Shown: positions 27,494 through 38,042, counted from the stretch's first letter. The stretch: DNA of 64,000 bases from Acidobacteriota bacterium (GCA_965248695.1 CBDFKD010000002.1:5248001-5312000), one strand, 5' to 3'. Notes: generated by a model not told the origin, from the sequence alone. Translations and numbers: made by a program.

Positions 27494-29458
27494 ATGTTGA
27501 GACGAACCCTGATGTCGTTGAGCGCCGTGGCCGCCTTCGCCGGTGCCCTCACCTTGGCTCTGTACGCGGTGCCCTCGGCCGCGGCCGTTCCGGTGATCGT
27601 TGAAGCGGCGCTTCAGGAGGAGTTTCGCCGTCCCGGCGACGCCTCGATGGCTGGCATGGTCCCGTACTTCGAGTGGTTCTGTATCAACTGTCACGAGAGC
27701 AACGATCCCGAGCAGCGTGCACCGAGCCGCGCGGCACTGCGCAGCATGGATCCGGAACGCGTGCTAGCGGCGCTCACCACCGGTCCGATGGCCGAGTTCG
27801 TGCCGGGGTTCGACGAGGACCAGCTACGGGCCATGGCTGAGCTAGCGAGCGGTACGCCGTTCGGCGGCGTCGCCGATCGCACCGCCGATGCCATGAGCAA
27901 CCCGTGCCCCAGCCCGCTCCGGCTCGAGGATCCATTCGCGCAGCCAGGTTGGAACGGTTGGAGTCCGGACCCGACGCGGTCCTACCGTTTCCAGCCGCCT
28001 GAGGCCGCCGGTCTCACGGGTGCCCAACTCGCGGACCTGAAGCTCAAGTGGGCGTTCGCGTTCCCGGGCGCCGCCTCGGCTGCCTGGGCGCAACCGACCG
28101 TAGTCGGAGGGGCACTGTTCATCGGTAGCGACAACAACTTCGTCTACGCGCTCGATGCCAAGACGGGTTGCGTGCACTGGTCGTTCGAGGCGCCTGGACA
28201 GGTGCGCACCGCGGTCAGCATCGGTCCGGTCGAGGTGCCGGGGGTGCGCTACGCGGCGATGTTCGGCGACTACATGGGCTACGTCAGCGCCGTCAACGCC
28301 GAGACCGGCGAGAAGCTGTGGTCGATGCGACCCGACGATCATCCGGCGTCGAAGATGACCGGCCCCCCGACCCTTGACATGTCGCCTGGCGGTCATCTGT
28401 ACGTCGGCGTCGCCTCCTGGGAGGAAATGCCGGGCATGGCGCTCGAGTACGGCTGCTGCAAGTTCCAGGGCAGCGTCGTCGCCGTGGATGTCAATACCGG
28501 CGAGAAGGTCTGGGCAACCTACACGTTCCCCAATCCCGCCAAGCGTCTGCGAACGAACGCCGCCGGCACCGAGCTGTGGGGGCCGGCAGGAGCGGCCGTG
28601 TGGAACGCGCCCACACTCGATATGGAACAGCGCCGTGTCTACGCCACGGCAGGCAATTGCTATATCACCGAGTTCTTCGAGCCCGGCGAGTTCGGCTACG
28701 ACCAGGAGGCTTGCAATGCCGTGTTCGCCTTTGACATGGACACCGGCGAGCGGCTCTGGTGGACCCAGCTGCTGGCGACCGTCTACGACCGACACGGCGG
28801 CGGATGCGGCATGACCGCGGAGCAGATCCGCATCAACTGCCCGGGCTTCGTCAACGGTCCAGATGACGATCCTTCGGGAGCACCCGTGCTGCACACCCTC
28901 GACGATGGCCGCCGCATTCTGATCCAGGGCCAGGAGAGCGGTCGGGTGACGGCACTCGATCCCGACAACGAGGGCGCCATCCTGTGGGTAGCGCAGGCTG
29001 GCGACACCATGGCGGCATCCAACGCCGGGTTCGGCGGTGGCTTCAACGGCGAGTACTACTTCAAGCCGATGCCGTTCGCAGACGGCAGCGGCAGCATCTC
29101 CGCGCTGCGCGCCGAGGACGGCTCACGCGCCTGGCACACACCGATTCCGCAACGCACCGACTGCGAGGATCCGGAGTCGACGCAGACATGCCACTCCGGT
29201 AACTGGGCCGCCGCCAGCGTCATCGAGGGAGCCGTCCTGACTGGCTCGCGCGACGGCGTCATGCGGTCGTTCTCGACCGAGGACGGCAGCATCCTCTGGG
29301 AGTTCGACACACTGCGCGACTTCGACACCATCAACGGAGTCGAGGGCTTCGGCGGCGCCAGCGCGACGATCGTCGATGGGATGCTCTACATGGGCTCCGG
29401 CTACGTCATCCTCGGCGGCGCACCGGGTAATGTGCTGCTGGCGTTCGGGCTGGATTGA
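27494..29458 (+). CDS. PQQ-dependent quinohemoprotein dehydrogenase (polyvinyl-alcohol dehydrogenase-like)
   Basis: Signal peptide; N-terminal CINCH heme; LKLKWAFAFPG, ALDAKTGCVHW, GCCKFQGSVVA, GAAVWNAPT; PQQ propeller repeats. Confidence 0.85.
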   Translation: MLRRTLMSLSAVAAFAGALTLALYAVPSAAAVPVIVEAALQEEFRRPGDASMAGMVPYFEWFCINCHESNDPEQRAPSRAALRSMDPERVLAALTTGPMAEFVPGFDEDQLRAMAELASGTPFGGVADRTADAMSNPCPSPLRLEDPFAQPGWNGWSPDPTRSYRFQPPEAAGLTGAQLADLKLKWAFAFPGAASAAWAQPTVVGGALFIGSDNNFVYALDAKTGCVHWSFEAPGQVRTAVSIGPVEVPGVRYAAMFGDYMGYVSAVNAETGEKLWSMRPDDHPASKMTGPPTLDMSPGGHLYVGVASWEEMPGMALEYGCCKFQGSVVAVDVNTGEKVWATYTFPNPAKRLRTNAAGTELWGPAGAAVWNAPTLDMEQRRVYATAGNCYITEFFEPGEFGYDQEACNAVFAFDMDTGERLWWTQLLATVYDRHGGGCGMTAEQIRINCPGFVNGPDDDPSGAPVLHTLDDGRRILIQGQESGRVTALDPDNEGAILWVAQAGDTMAASNAGFGGGFNGEYYFKPMPFADGSGSISALRAEDGSRAWHTPIPQRTDCEDPESTQTCHSGNWAAASVIEGAVLTGSRDGVMRSFSTEDGSILWEFDTLRDFDTINGVEGFGGASATIVDGMLYMGSGYVILGGAPGNVLLAFGLD

Positions 29459-29880
29459 CGGAGCTCGGCAGTTCCGACGGACTCCGGCCCTGGGACGGCG
29501 CCCGGAACTCCGCTGGGGCCAGGCAGGCCCGCGGGCCGGCAGCCGGTTTGGTCGGCTAACGACGAGTCGAGAGGGTCGTCTGTAGCCACCAACTCTTCCG
29601 TTGCCGCGAGCTCACGGCGATTGACCGCCCGTGTCGCGCTGTTGCCCCCGCCGGGCCCTCGGGACGGCACCAGCCGTCGCCGGGCCGCCCTCGGTTCCGG
29701 TGTGGCGGAGTTTCGCTCATCCGCCTGTCAGTCGCGGTCAATACCGGGCATCGCTGACGCCTCCTGATTTGGGATGGTGAGGGGCTCGTGCATGATGAGC
29801 GGATTGTGGCAACGAGCCTGTCAAATAGGCCTCGTTTCCGCCTCATCTCGACTCGCTAGTGAACCCACGGAGCCTAGAGG

Positions 29881-31319
29881 ATGGCGAGCAGCTTGCAGCG
29901 ACGCTTGTGCGTGCAGGCCTTCCGGGCGACCGACGTGGTCGTCATGTTGCTTGCGCTGACTGCCGCCTCGCTGTTGTCGGCCCGTGGCATCCGACCGGAC
30001 AGCTTCGCCGAGGTCCTCGCTGTGCGCGTCAGCCTTGCCAACCTGCTTTTCGTGGCGCTATTCGCCGTCGGCTGGCACCTGATACTCCGCTCGCATGCCC
30101 TCTATCGGTCGCGCCGGATCGGCCGCAAGCGGAGCGAGTGGCTAACCATCGCGGAGGCGACGCTGGTAGGCACGCTGGTGCTCGCGGCTGCGGCACTGGT
30201 GCTCGATATCTCGCTCATCGATGGGCACTTTCTCATTGTCTTCGTCGCCCTGGTGGTACCGGCAACCGTCGCCACGCGGATCGGATTGCGGGCACTGCTC
30301 GAAGGGGTCCGGAGGCGTGGGCAGAACCTCCGACGGGTAGCCGTAGTCGGCTGCGGTCCGCGAGGCGAGAACCTCGGTCGCAAGATCAGAGCGAAGCCGG
30401 AGCTCGGATACTTGCTGGTCGGGTACGTCGACAATATCCCGGCACCGGCACACCCGAATCGGCCCGGCCACGAGCGACTCCTGGGCTCCCTGGACGGTCT
30501 CGAAGCGGCTCTCGATCCGCTACAGCTGGACGAGATCTGGGTGGGGTTGCCAGTGAAATCCCACTACGAGTCGATTGTTCAGGTCATCCGCTTTGGCGAG
30601 GAGCGCGGCGTCATCGTGCGGATGCCGGCCGATCTGTTCAAGCTGCGGCTCGCCTCCTCGTTCACCGACGATTTCGAAGGACAACCGATCTTGACGATTC
30701 AGATGGCCGATCCGAGCTCCGTCGCGCGTCTCGCCAAGCGCTCGCTGGACGTGACGCTGGCCGGTGCCGCCCTGATTCTGATGGCTCCCATCCTGGCGCT
30801 GATCGCGCTTGCAGTGCGTCTCGATACTCCCGGACCCGTGCTGTTCATACAGGAGCGCGTCGGCTGGCGCCGACGCCGCTTCCAGCTGCTCAAGTTCCGC
30901 ACGATGGTGGCGGATGCCGGCGCCTGCCCGATCTCGAGTCGCGCAACGAGGTACAAGGAGCCGCCTTCAAGATGCGGAACGATCCCAGGGTGACGCGCGT
31001 TGGCGGCCTTCTGCGCAGTCTGAGCCTGGACGAGCTGCCGCAGCTGTGGAACGTGATCGCCGGCGACATGAGTCTGGTCGGCCCGCGGCCGCTTCCAGTT
31101 CGGGACGTCGAGCGCTTCGAGTCCCGCTGGCAGGAGCGCCGCTTCAGCGTAAAGCCAGGATTGACGTGTATCTGGCAGGCCAATGGCCGCCACCAGATCG
31201 GCTTCCAGGACTGGATGGAGCTCGACCTCCAGTATGTCGACAACTGGTCTTTCCGACTCGACCTGGAATTGATCCTGAAGACCGTACCGGCGGTGCTTCG
31301 GGGCACGGGCGCCGATTAG
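29881..31319 (+). pseudogene. Priming polyprenyl glycosylphosphotransferase (WcaJ/CpsE-like), frameshifted near 30919
   Basis: Frame 1 carries TM helices, VAVVGCG and KRSLD...GPVLFIQERVG...KFRTM. The continuation [35 protein letters not shown]...KPGLT...[11 protein letters not shown] is in another frame. Confidence 0.85.
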
Positions 31320-31330
31320 AGGAGGTCACC

Positions 31331-32353
31331 ATGGGAAACGCAAAGAGGGTGCTGGTAACCGGCGCAGGCGGGTTTATCGGCCACAGCCTCGTCTCCCTGC
31401 TCAAGCGTCGAGGCTACTGGGTGCGTGGCGTCGATCTGCACCATCCGGAGTTCAGTTCAACGCAGGCGGATGAATTCCTGCTACTCGACCTGCGCCGCTG
31501 GGAACAATGCCTGGAGGCAACCCACGGAGTTGCCGAAGTCTATGCACTCGCCGCCGACATGGGAGGCATGGGTTTCATCTCGTCCAACCATGCTCGGATC
31601 CTGCACAACAACCTGCTGATCAGCACCCACAGCCTCGACACGGCGCGTCACAACGGCGTCCAACGGTACCTCTACACGTCGTCCGCCTGTGTCTATCCCG
31701 AGTTTCGGCAGACCGAAGCCGATGTTTCGCCTCTCCGGGAAGAAGACGCCTATCCGGCGGAGCCGCAGGATGCTTACGGCTGGGAGAAGCTGATCACCGA
31801 GCGCCTCTGCCACCACTACCGTGAGGACCATGGAGTGGAGACGCGCGTCGTGCGGTTCCACAACATCTTCGGTCCGTTCGGCACCTGGGCGGGCGGCCGG
31901 GAGAAGGCGCCGGCGGCGATCTGCCGCAAGGTGGCGGTTGCCGAGCTCACCGGAGATCCGCAGATAGAGATCTGGGGCGACGGCAAGCAGACTCGTTCCT
32001 TCTGCTATATCGATGACTGCGTCGAGGGTGTCTACCGCCTCATGCGCTCCTCCCACCGTCAGCCGCTCAACCTGGGCCAGGACCGTATGGTCACGATCAA
32101 CGGGCTAACGGATATCGTCGCCGGCATCGCCGGGATCCACGTCGAGAAGCAGCACGTTTCCGGGCCCCAGGGCGTGCGCGGTCGCAATTCTGACAACACC
32201 CGGCTGCGTGCCGTGCTCGGCTGGGAGCCCTCCATCTCCCTCGAGGACGGGCTGGCTATTACCTACCGATGGATCCGCCGACAGGTGCGCCGCCAGCTGG
32301 CCAGCCACGGCGCCAGCACGCCAGCGGAGACAGCGCGTGCCCTCCCCGGATAG
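31331..32353 (+). CDS. NAD-dependent epimerase, GDP-mannose 3,5-epimerase-like
   Basis: TGAGGFIG, LAADMGGMGFI, SSACVYP, PAEPQDAYGWEK, GGREKAPAAICRK, GVRGRNSDN; GGAGG RBS. Confidence 0.9.
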   Translation: MGNAKRVLVTGAGGFIGHSLVSLLKRRGYWVRGVDLHHPEFSSTQADEFLLLDLRRWEQCLEATHGVAEVYALAADMGGMGFISSNHARILHNNLLISTHSLDTARHNGVQRYLYTSSACVYPEFRQTEADVSPLREEDAYPAEPQDAYGWEKLITERLCHHYREDHGVETRVVRFHNIFGPFGTWAGGREKAPAAICRKVAVAELTGDPQIEIWGDGKQTRSFCYIDDCVEGVYRLMRSSHRQPLNLGQDRMVTINGLTDIVAGIAGIHVEKQHVSGPQGVRGRNSDNTRLRAVLGWEPSISLEDGLAITYRWIRRQVRRQLASHGASTPAETARALPG

Positions 32354-33158
32354 GGCCGCCGTCGGCTCTCCGACCCGGCTTCTTGATCGGGCAGCGGCGA
32401 TTCCACGCACCGACGTCCTCGGTCTCGGCGTGAGCGCAGTGGACATGTCTAGGACGGTGCAGGTCATCGACTCATGGATCGCGCGGCGAGAGTCGCGTTA
32501 CGTCTGCGTTACCGGCGTCCACGGTGTGATGGAGAGTCAATCCCAGAGCTCCCTGCGGGGCATCCACAACAACGCCGGGCTAGTGGTCCCCGATGGCATG
32601 CCGCTCGTATGGCTCAGTCGCGCCCATGGCTACGCTCACGTGAAGCGCGTCTACGGTCCGGATCTGATGCTGGCGATGTGTAGGGTTTCGCCGCTCCGTG
32701 GATACCGGCATTTTCTGTACGGTGGCGCAGAGGGCGTTGCCGAGCGACTGAGTCAACGGTTGCAATCGCGCTTCCCCGGGCTGTCCGTCGTCGGTCACTA
32801 CTCGCCGCCCTTCCGTTCGTTGAGCCCATCAGAGGATCGGGACGTCGTGCGGATGATCAACGGTGCGAGACCGGACGTCGTTTGGATCGGCCTCGGTACT
32901 CCCAAGCAGGAACGTTGGATGGCCGAGCATGTCGAGCGTCTCTCGGCGGTGCTCATCGGTGTCGGCGCCGCCTTCGATTTCCACGCGGGCGACAAGGCGC
33001 AGGCTCCCCGCTGGATGCAGCGCAGCGGCCTGGAGTGGCTCTTCCGCCTGGCTACCGAGCCTCGCCGGCTGGCTGCGCGCTATCTATGGAACAATCCGGC
33101 CTTCCTGTGGAGGGTCGCCCTACAACTATCGGGAGCCCGGCGCCATGGAATCTCCTGA
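32337..33158 (+). CDS. WecB/TagA/CpsF (GT26) glycosyltransferase
   Basis: VVPDGMPLVW, RVYGPDL, SPPFR, VWIGLGTPKQE, GVGAAFDF, GLEWLFRLATEPRRL. GTG start with GGAGA estimated. Confidence 0.9.
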   Translation: MPSPDRAAVGSPTRLLDRAAAIPRTDVLGLGVSAVDMSRTVQVIDSWIARRESRYVCVTGVHGVMESQSQSSLRGIHNNAGLVVPDGMPLVWLSRAHGYAHVKRVYGPDLMLAMCRVSPLRGYRHFLYGGAEGVAERLSQRLQSRFPGLSVVGHYSPPFRSLSPSEDRDVVRMINGARPDVVWIGLGTPKQERWMAEHVERLSAVLIGVGAAFDFHAGDKAQAPRWMQRSGLEWLFRLATEPRRLAARYLWNNPAFLWRVALQLSGARRHGIS

Positions 33159-33937
33159 GCGTTGGTTGCGAGAGGCGCAGGTAGGTCTCCGACTCGTAGC
33201 TCAACAACACTCCGTGGGTGTTCCGGACGATGGCTCCGTTCAGGTCGGATCCCGATCGGCGAGCGGTAACGCGCGTCTCGGAGATCGTCATCGAGGGCGC
33301 CCCGCGGAGCGCCAACACCTTCGCCGTAGAAGCATTCCGCTACTCACAGCGGCGGCCGGTGAAGATGGCACATCACTTCCACGCCGCCGGCCAGCTGTTG
33401 TTGGCGGAACGCTGGGGCATCCCGGCGATCGTCCTCATCCGACGTCCCGAGGACACCGTGGCGTCGCAGCTCGTCTACGCGCCGACCGCGAGGCCGGAGG
33501 ACTGCCTTCGCGAGTACACCTCCTTCTACTCTCGCCTCTTTTCGCGGCGCCACGCCTTCGTCATCGCACGATTCGAAGAGGTAACCAGCGATTTCGGAGG
33601 TGTCATCGAGCGCGTCAACGCGAAGTTCGGCACAGGCTTTGTGTGCCTCCAAACGTCGCCAGCGAACCGCCGGGCGGTGTTCGCGCTCGTCCAGGAAGCA
33701 GGGGGGCGCGAAGGGCACGGTACTCGGCGCCTGGCACTTCCGCTGTCCGCACGTCAGCCGTTGCTGGACGCCGCCCGCTACACCCTGCGAGAGCCCCGCT
33801 TGCGTAGCGAGTTCCGTCGCGCCAACGACATATGGGAGGCCTTCGCAGCAACTCCCGGAGAACGGACTCAGGCCCCGAACGCCTGCGGCATTCCCGGCAC
33901 TTCACGCCCAAGCGTCCGACGGAGCGGCCTGATATGA
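33145..33937 (+). CDS. Sulfotransferase-like P-loop protein, possibly frameshifted near 33195
   Basis: IVIEGAPRSANTF (5'-PSB-like) and IRRPEDTVAS (3'-PB-like) in ORF 33218-33937. The RBS-bearing, coupled ATG at 33145 is in a different frame. Confidence 0.55.
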
Positions 33938-35103
33938 CCTCGACGACCTTCCCATGGCCGGACGGACGCGACCACGAGATCCGCGGTCAGGCTGGCGCCG
34001 CTGGCGAAGCGTGGCTCCTGATCCTGTTCTTCTTCGCGGTGTACCAATTGGCGCGCCAGGCCGACCCCGGGACCCCGCTGCGCTGGGGCGTGTATGCGAT
34101 CCCGGCGCTCTCGCTGCTGCTGGCGCTGGCTCCTCCGAAGAAACAGTTCGATGTCGACCGGCGTTTCCTGCTGGCCAGCGTCGGGTATGTGCTTGTTGCG
34201 GCCGCCTCGATCGCCTTCAACCCCGGGACTCGCGCGCTCGCAACACGGGACGTCCTGATCGTCCTGGGCTATCTGATCACCTTCGTGCCTGGATTCCGTG
34301 TGGAGGGGGTTCACCTTCGCGTCCTGACGGTGTGTTTCGGAGTAGCGCTGGTGCCGACGGTGCTGGCATCCGGGTTCGGCGGAGAACAGCGGCTCAACCT
34401 CATTGATTCGGAGGGGCTCTTCGAGTCGGTCGTCGCGTTCCCGTTGGCGGCGCTGGCGCTCTTTCACATGCACCGGCGTAATTGGCTCTGGTTTGCGGTC
34501 ACCGTCGCCCTGGGCCTGATGGCCTTCAAGCGGATCGCCGTGGGGGGGCTGGGCATTGCCATCTCCTTCTACCTTGCCGCCGAGGTCGCTCAGCGTTGGC
34601 TGCCGCGGCGACCGGCCATCCTGGGAGCGCGCCTGGCCGCCCTGACAATTGTCGTGATGCTGGCTATCGTGGGGTTGAGCTTCGATGCTGCCACCGAGGC
34701 CATCGTCGACCGCTTCCGGCTGTCACGCGGGCCCAACGCCGCCACCCTCGGTAGATACGAGACCTCCCGGCGGATCCAGGCGATCACTGCGGGTCAGGCG
34801 CTCCCGCAACACCTTGTCGGTAACGGGCCTGGCAGTAGCAAGGTGCTGCCGAACCCTTACGGCGAGAACGTCAACCCGCACAACGATTTCCTCAAGCTGT
34901 ACTTCGAGTACGGCGTTGTCGGCCTGGCCGGCTTCCTGGCGATCCTGTTCGTGATCTACGGAGCTTCGACCGCGACCATCTCCCTGCTGGTTCTCAACGC
35001 CTGCTTGATGGTCACCGACAATACCCTGATCTACTTCTTCCACCAGTTCGTGTGCCTGGCGATCGTGCGCTGCCTCACCTGCAACGGCGAGGCGAGCCCG
35101 TGA
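33934..35103 (+). CDS. Wzy polymerase / O-antigen ligase family membrane protein
   Basis: About 10 TM segments; FKRIA, TLGR, VGNGPGS and PHNDFLKLYFEYGVVG motifs; ATGA coupling. Confidence 0.85.
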   Translation: MTSTTFPWPDGRDHEIRGQAGAAGEAWLLILFFFAVYQLARQADPGTPLRWGVYAIPALSLLLALAPPKKQFDVDRRFLLASVGYVLVAAASIAFNPGTRALATRDVLIVLGYLITFVPGFRVEGVHLRVLTVCFGVALVPTVLASGFGGEQRLNLIDSEGLFESVVAFPLAALALFHMHRRNWLWFAVTVALGLMAFKRIAVGGLGIAISFYLAAEVAQRWLPRRPAILGARLAALTIVVMLAIVGLSFDAATEAIVDRFRLSRGPNAATLGRYETSRRIQAITAGQALPQHLVGNGPGSSKVLPNPYGENVNPHNDFLKLYFEYGVVGLAGFLAILFVIYGASTATISLLVLNACLMVTDNTLIYFFHQFVCLAIVRCLTCNGEASP

Positions 35104-36050
35104 GCGAGTCGCTCGCCCGCTCCGCGTCCCACGGCGACGCGTCCAAGTTGGCCCGACAGGGTGGGATCCTGTTACTAGGCCGTATCGGCGGTCGGGCCTC
35201 GCTGATCCTGCATCACCTGCTGCTGGCTCGTGTATTGGGGCCGACGTCATTCGGTCTGTACGCCATCGGCTGGACCGTACTGGGGCTGGCAGCAACGATC
35301 GCGCCGCTCGGCATCGAGCAAGGCGTAATTCGTTTCGGCACCTGTCACTGGCAACGGCGCTCATCGCACCTGCGCGGCATCCTACGCCGGTCCGCGGGCC
35401 TGGCATCGGTTTCCGCCTTGCTCGTCGCCGCCCTTCTCTTCATTGGCTCCGAGGGAATCGCAGCCCTCTTCGAGATGCCCGAACTTGCCGCCGTGGTCCG
35501 CTGGTTCGCGTTTGCATCGGTGGGATGGACCCTGCTGAAGATCACGGCGGCGATGACGCGGCTGAGCCAGAACATGCGCTACACGGTGCTCGACGAGGAA
35601 CTGGCTCAGCCTGCCAGTGCCCTCCTCCTGTTCCTGTGCTTCTACTTTGTCGCCGGCTGGGCCCTCCTCGGTGCCGTGGCGGCCACGACGCTCTCCTTCT
35701 TCTTCGCGCTGCTACTCGCCGCCCACCACGTGCGCTCTATTTGCCCGGCAGGAGCGCCCACCTCCGACTCGGTGCCGAAGCTCGCTGCGGGAGAGCTATT
35801 GGGGTTCTCCGTACCCGCGGCATTGGCAGGGCTGTTCGCCTTCCACGCGCTGCGCATCGACCGGTTGCTGATTGGCTACTTCCTCACCGCCGACGCCGCC
35901 GGGATTTATCACGCCGCTTCCCAGACGGCCGCCATCGGGCTGCTCTTCCAGGGGTGTTTCAACACCATCATGGCGCCCATGATCAGCAGCTTTGCCGGTA
36001 ACGGCGAGCGGTATCGACTCGCCGCTGCGTATCGGCTGAGCACCAGATGG
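35100..36050 (+). pseudogene. Wzx polysaccharide flippase, C-terminally truncated
   Basis: LARVLGPTSFGLY, LGIEQGVIRF, RIDRLLIGYF..AGIYHAA, MAPMIS...YRLSTRW; membrane character then stops abruptly at about 315 aa. Confidence 0.8.
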
Positions 36051-36859
36051 AACCCTACCGTGCCGAGGTTTGCCTGGCGCGGACCCTGGCTGGTCAGCGC
36101 TGCGCCGTGCAGCGGTTCGACTATCGCGGCTTCGGTCACAGCGACGGCAGACCCGAGGAGGTCACCTACGAACAAATGTGCGCCGACGCCGACGCTGCTG
36201 CCCTCCTGCTGCAGCAGGCCGGCGACCTGAATCGACTCATCATCGTTGGCATCCGCTGGGGTGCCCTGGTGGCTGCAGCGCTGGCCCGGCGGCTACCTCG
36301 CGCCCAGCTGGTCTTGTGGGATCCCGTTCACGCTGCGGAGGACTTCTTCCGCGAGGGCTTTCGAGCCTGCGCGGTGCGGAGCTTGGCAAGCGGAGGCCGC
36401 TCCGCAGACGGCGTACGCAGTCCCTCCGGAGCGCTGCGGAGCCTACGGCAGAGCGGCGTCGTCGATGTGCTGGGCTTTCCCGTGTACCGAAGCCTCTACG
36501 AAAGCGCTGTCGGCCATCGTCTAACGCATGAGCTTGGAACGTCTCCGCGCCACTTGTTGCTTCTGGATCAGCGCTCCGAACGGCAAAGCGCACTCGGCCA
36601 GGCTCCGCTCCCCGCAGCCGAGCTCGCCGACCACTGCCGCGCCCTCGGAGGCGACGTCACGGCTCGTAGCATCGCTGCCACGGAGCCGAGCTGGTGGTTT
36701 CTGACCGACGTCGCGCGCCCCTTCCCGACAGCCCCGTTCGTCGAGCTGACTTGCGAGTGGATTGCGCAGCAACTCGGATCCCGGGGCGCCCGCGTCGCAC
36801 CGCCGCGGCCAAGCGGCGTGCCGTTGGAGACGATCAACGGCACGGAGACGCCACGATGA
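36047..36859 (+). CDS. Alpha/beta hydrolase-fold protein (exosortase-associated hydrolase 2-like), probably N-truncated
   Basis: LARTLA...QRFDYRGFGHSDG; GIRWGA at the nucleophile elbow (Arg in place of Ser); LVLWDPV; VDVLGF. Confidence 0.7.
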   Translation: MEPYRAEVCLARTLAGQRCAVQRFDYRGFGHSDGRPEEVTYEQMCADADAAALLLQQAGDLNRLIIVGIRWGALVAAALARRLPRAQLVLWDPVHAAEDFFREGFRACAVRSLASGGRSADGVRSPSGALRSLRQSGVVDVLGFPVYRSLYESAVGHRLTHELGTSPRHLLLLDQRSERQSALGQAPLPAAELADHCRALGGDVTARSIAATEPSWWFLTDVARPFPTAPFVELTCEWIAQQLGSRGARVAPPRPSGVPLETINGTETPR

Positions 36860-37785
36860 GCCTTCCGGCAGCCGCCCATCGGGAGCCACGCAATGCGGCC
36901 GCGCGGCACGAGATGCCGGTGTATCTACCGGCGCCAAGCGGCGATCTGTTCGCCGTTCTAACCGAACCGGCCACGGCCCCCAACGACATCACCGTTGTGC
37001 TCCTGGGCGGAGGGTTCGGAATGACATGCAATCACCGCAACGACATGTACGTCCGCTTGGCTCGCCGGCTGGCGGGACTCGGCTATCAGGTACTGCGAAT
37101 GGACTACTGCGGTGTCGGCGAAAGCGCCGGAACGGTCGAGGAGGCCTTCGCAATGGATCGGCCGGCGGTGCGGGACGTGGATGTGGCGACATCCTGGCTT
37201 CGTGACCGCGGTGCAACGAAGCTCGTTCTGATCGGTACCTGCTTCGGCGGACGGACCGCCCTGGCGATGGTGGATCGCGTGGAGTCTCTGATAGGGGCGG
37301 CGCTGATTGACGCCCCGGTGATCGACTACCGCGGTTCCGGGGGGTCGTTTCTGTGCCATTTCCGCCGGGCGCTCGATCCGGCCACAATCCGACGGCTCGG
37401 GCGTCCGGCTTGGCGTCGCAAGTACTTGCGCATCGCACGAGACCTGGTGCTCGGTGGACTCGTGGGCGGCCGGTCAGAAGATCCCACGGACGCCAGTCCA
37501 CACTACCTGGACTTCATGGAGACGGCGGTGCAGCGTCAGCTACCGCTGCTCGTGCTCTTCGGCAGGCCAGGAGACAACCACGACGGATTCCAGCGCGCCC
37601 TTGAAGGTTCGCTGGGTGAGCTCTTCGAGCGTGCCGATTGCTCAGTCACCGTTCAGCTGAAGGACTGCGAAGTCCACGGGTTCCTCTCGCTAAGATCTCA
37701 GCAGACCACCATGGTGGCTGTCGAGGAGTGGCTCGAGCGGCTGCGAGCTACCGACGACCGGCGATCGACGGGAGAGGAGGACTGA
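36856..37785 (+). CDS. Alpha/beta hydrolase with Cys nucleophile (exosortase-associated hydrolase 1-like)
   Basis: YVRLARRLAGLGYQVLRMDYCGVGES; LIGTCFGG elbow; EVHGF catalytic His; ATGA coupling. Confidence 0.78.
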   Translation: MSLPAAAHREPRNAAARHEMPVYLPAPSGDLFAVLTEPATAPNDITVVLLGGGFGMTCNHRNDMYVRLARRLAGLGYQVLRMDYCGVGESAGTVEEAFAMDRPAVRDVDVATSWLRDRGATKLVLIGTCFGGRTALAMVDRVESLIGAALIDAPVIDYRGSGGSFLCHFRRALDPATIRRLGRPAWRRKYLRIARDLVLGGLVGGRSEDPTDASPHYLDFMETAVQRQLPLLVLFGRPGDNHDGFQRALEGSLGELFERADCSVTVQLKDCEVHGFLSLRSQQTTMVAVEEWLERLRATDDRRSTGEED

Positions 37786-38042
37786 TGATGAACAAAGACG
37801 CGATCCGCGGCTTCATCCTCTCCATGATGGAGTCACCGGGGGATCCCGCCGAGCTCACCGACGACTACGAGCTTCTGGAGACCGGAGTCCTCGACTCATT
37901 GAAGGTCGTCGAGGTGCTGGGCTTCCTGGAGTCGGAGCTCATGATCGAGATAGGCGACGAAGATCTGATCGCTGACAACTTCCGCACAATCGGGGCCTTG
38001 GCCGCGCTGGTGGCCTCGAAACGGGCGCGCGCACGATCGTAA
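37785..38042 (+). CDS. Acyl carrier protein
   Basis: LLETGVLDSLKVVEV (DSL phosphopantetheine site); DEDLIADNFRTI; GGAGG RBS. Confidence 0.9.
   Translation: MMNKDAIRGFILSMMESPGDPAELTDDYELLETGVLDSLKVVEVLGFLESELMIEIGDEDLIADNFRTIGALAALVASKRARARS

Noticed and set aside
29533-29550. GGGCCGGCAGCCGGTTTG as a degenerate third tRNA-Thr att copy bounding the EPS cluster
   Set aside because: The match is short and gapped in GC-rich DNA, and the sequence is equally explained by a local AGCCG/CGGCT hairpin.
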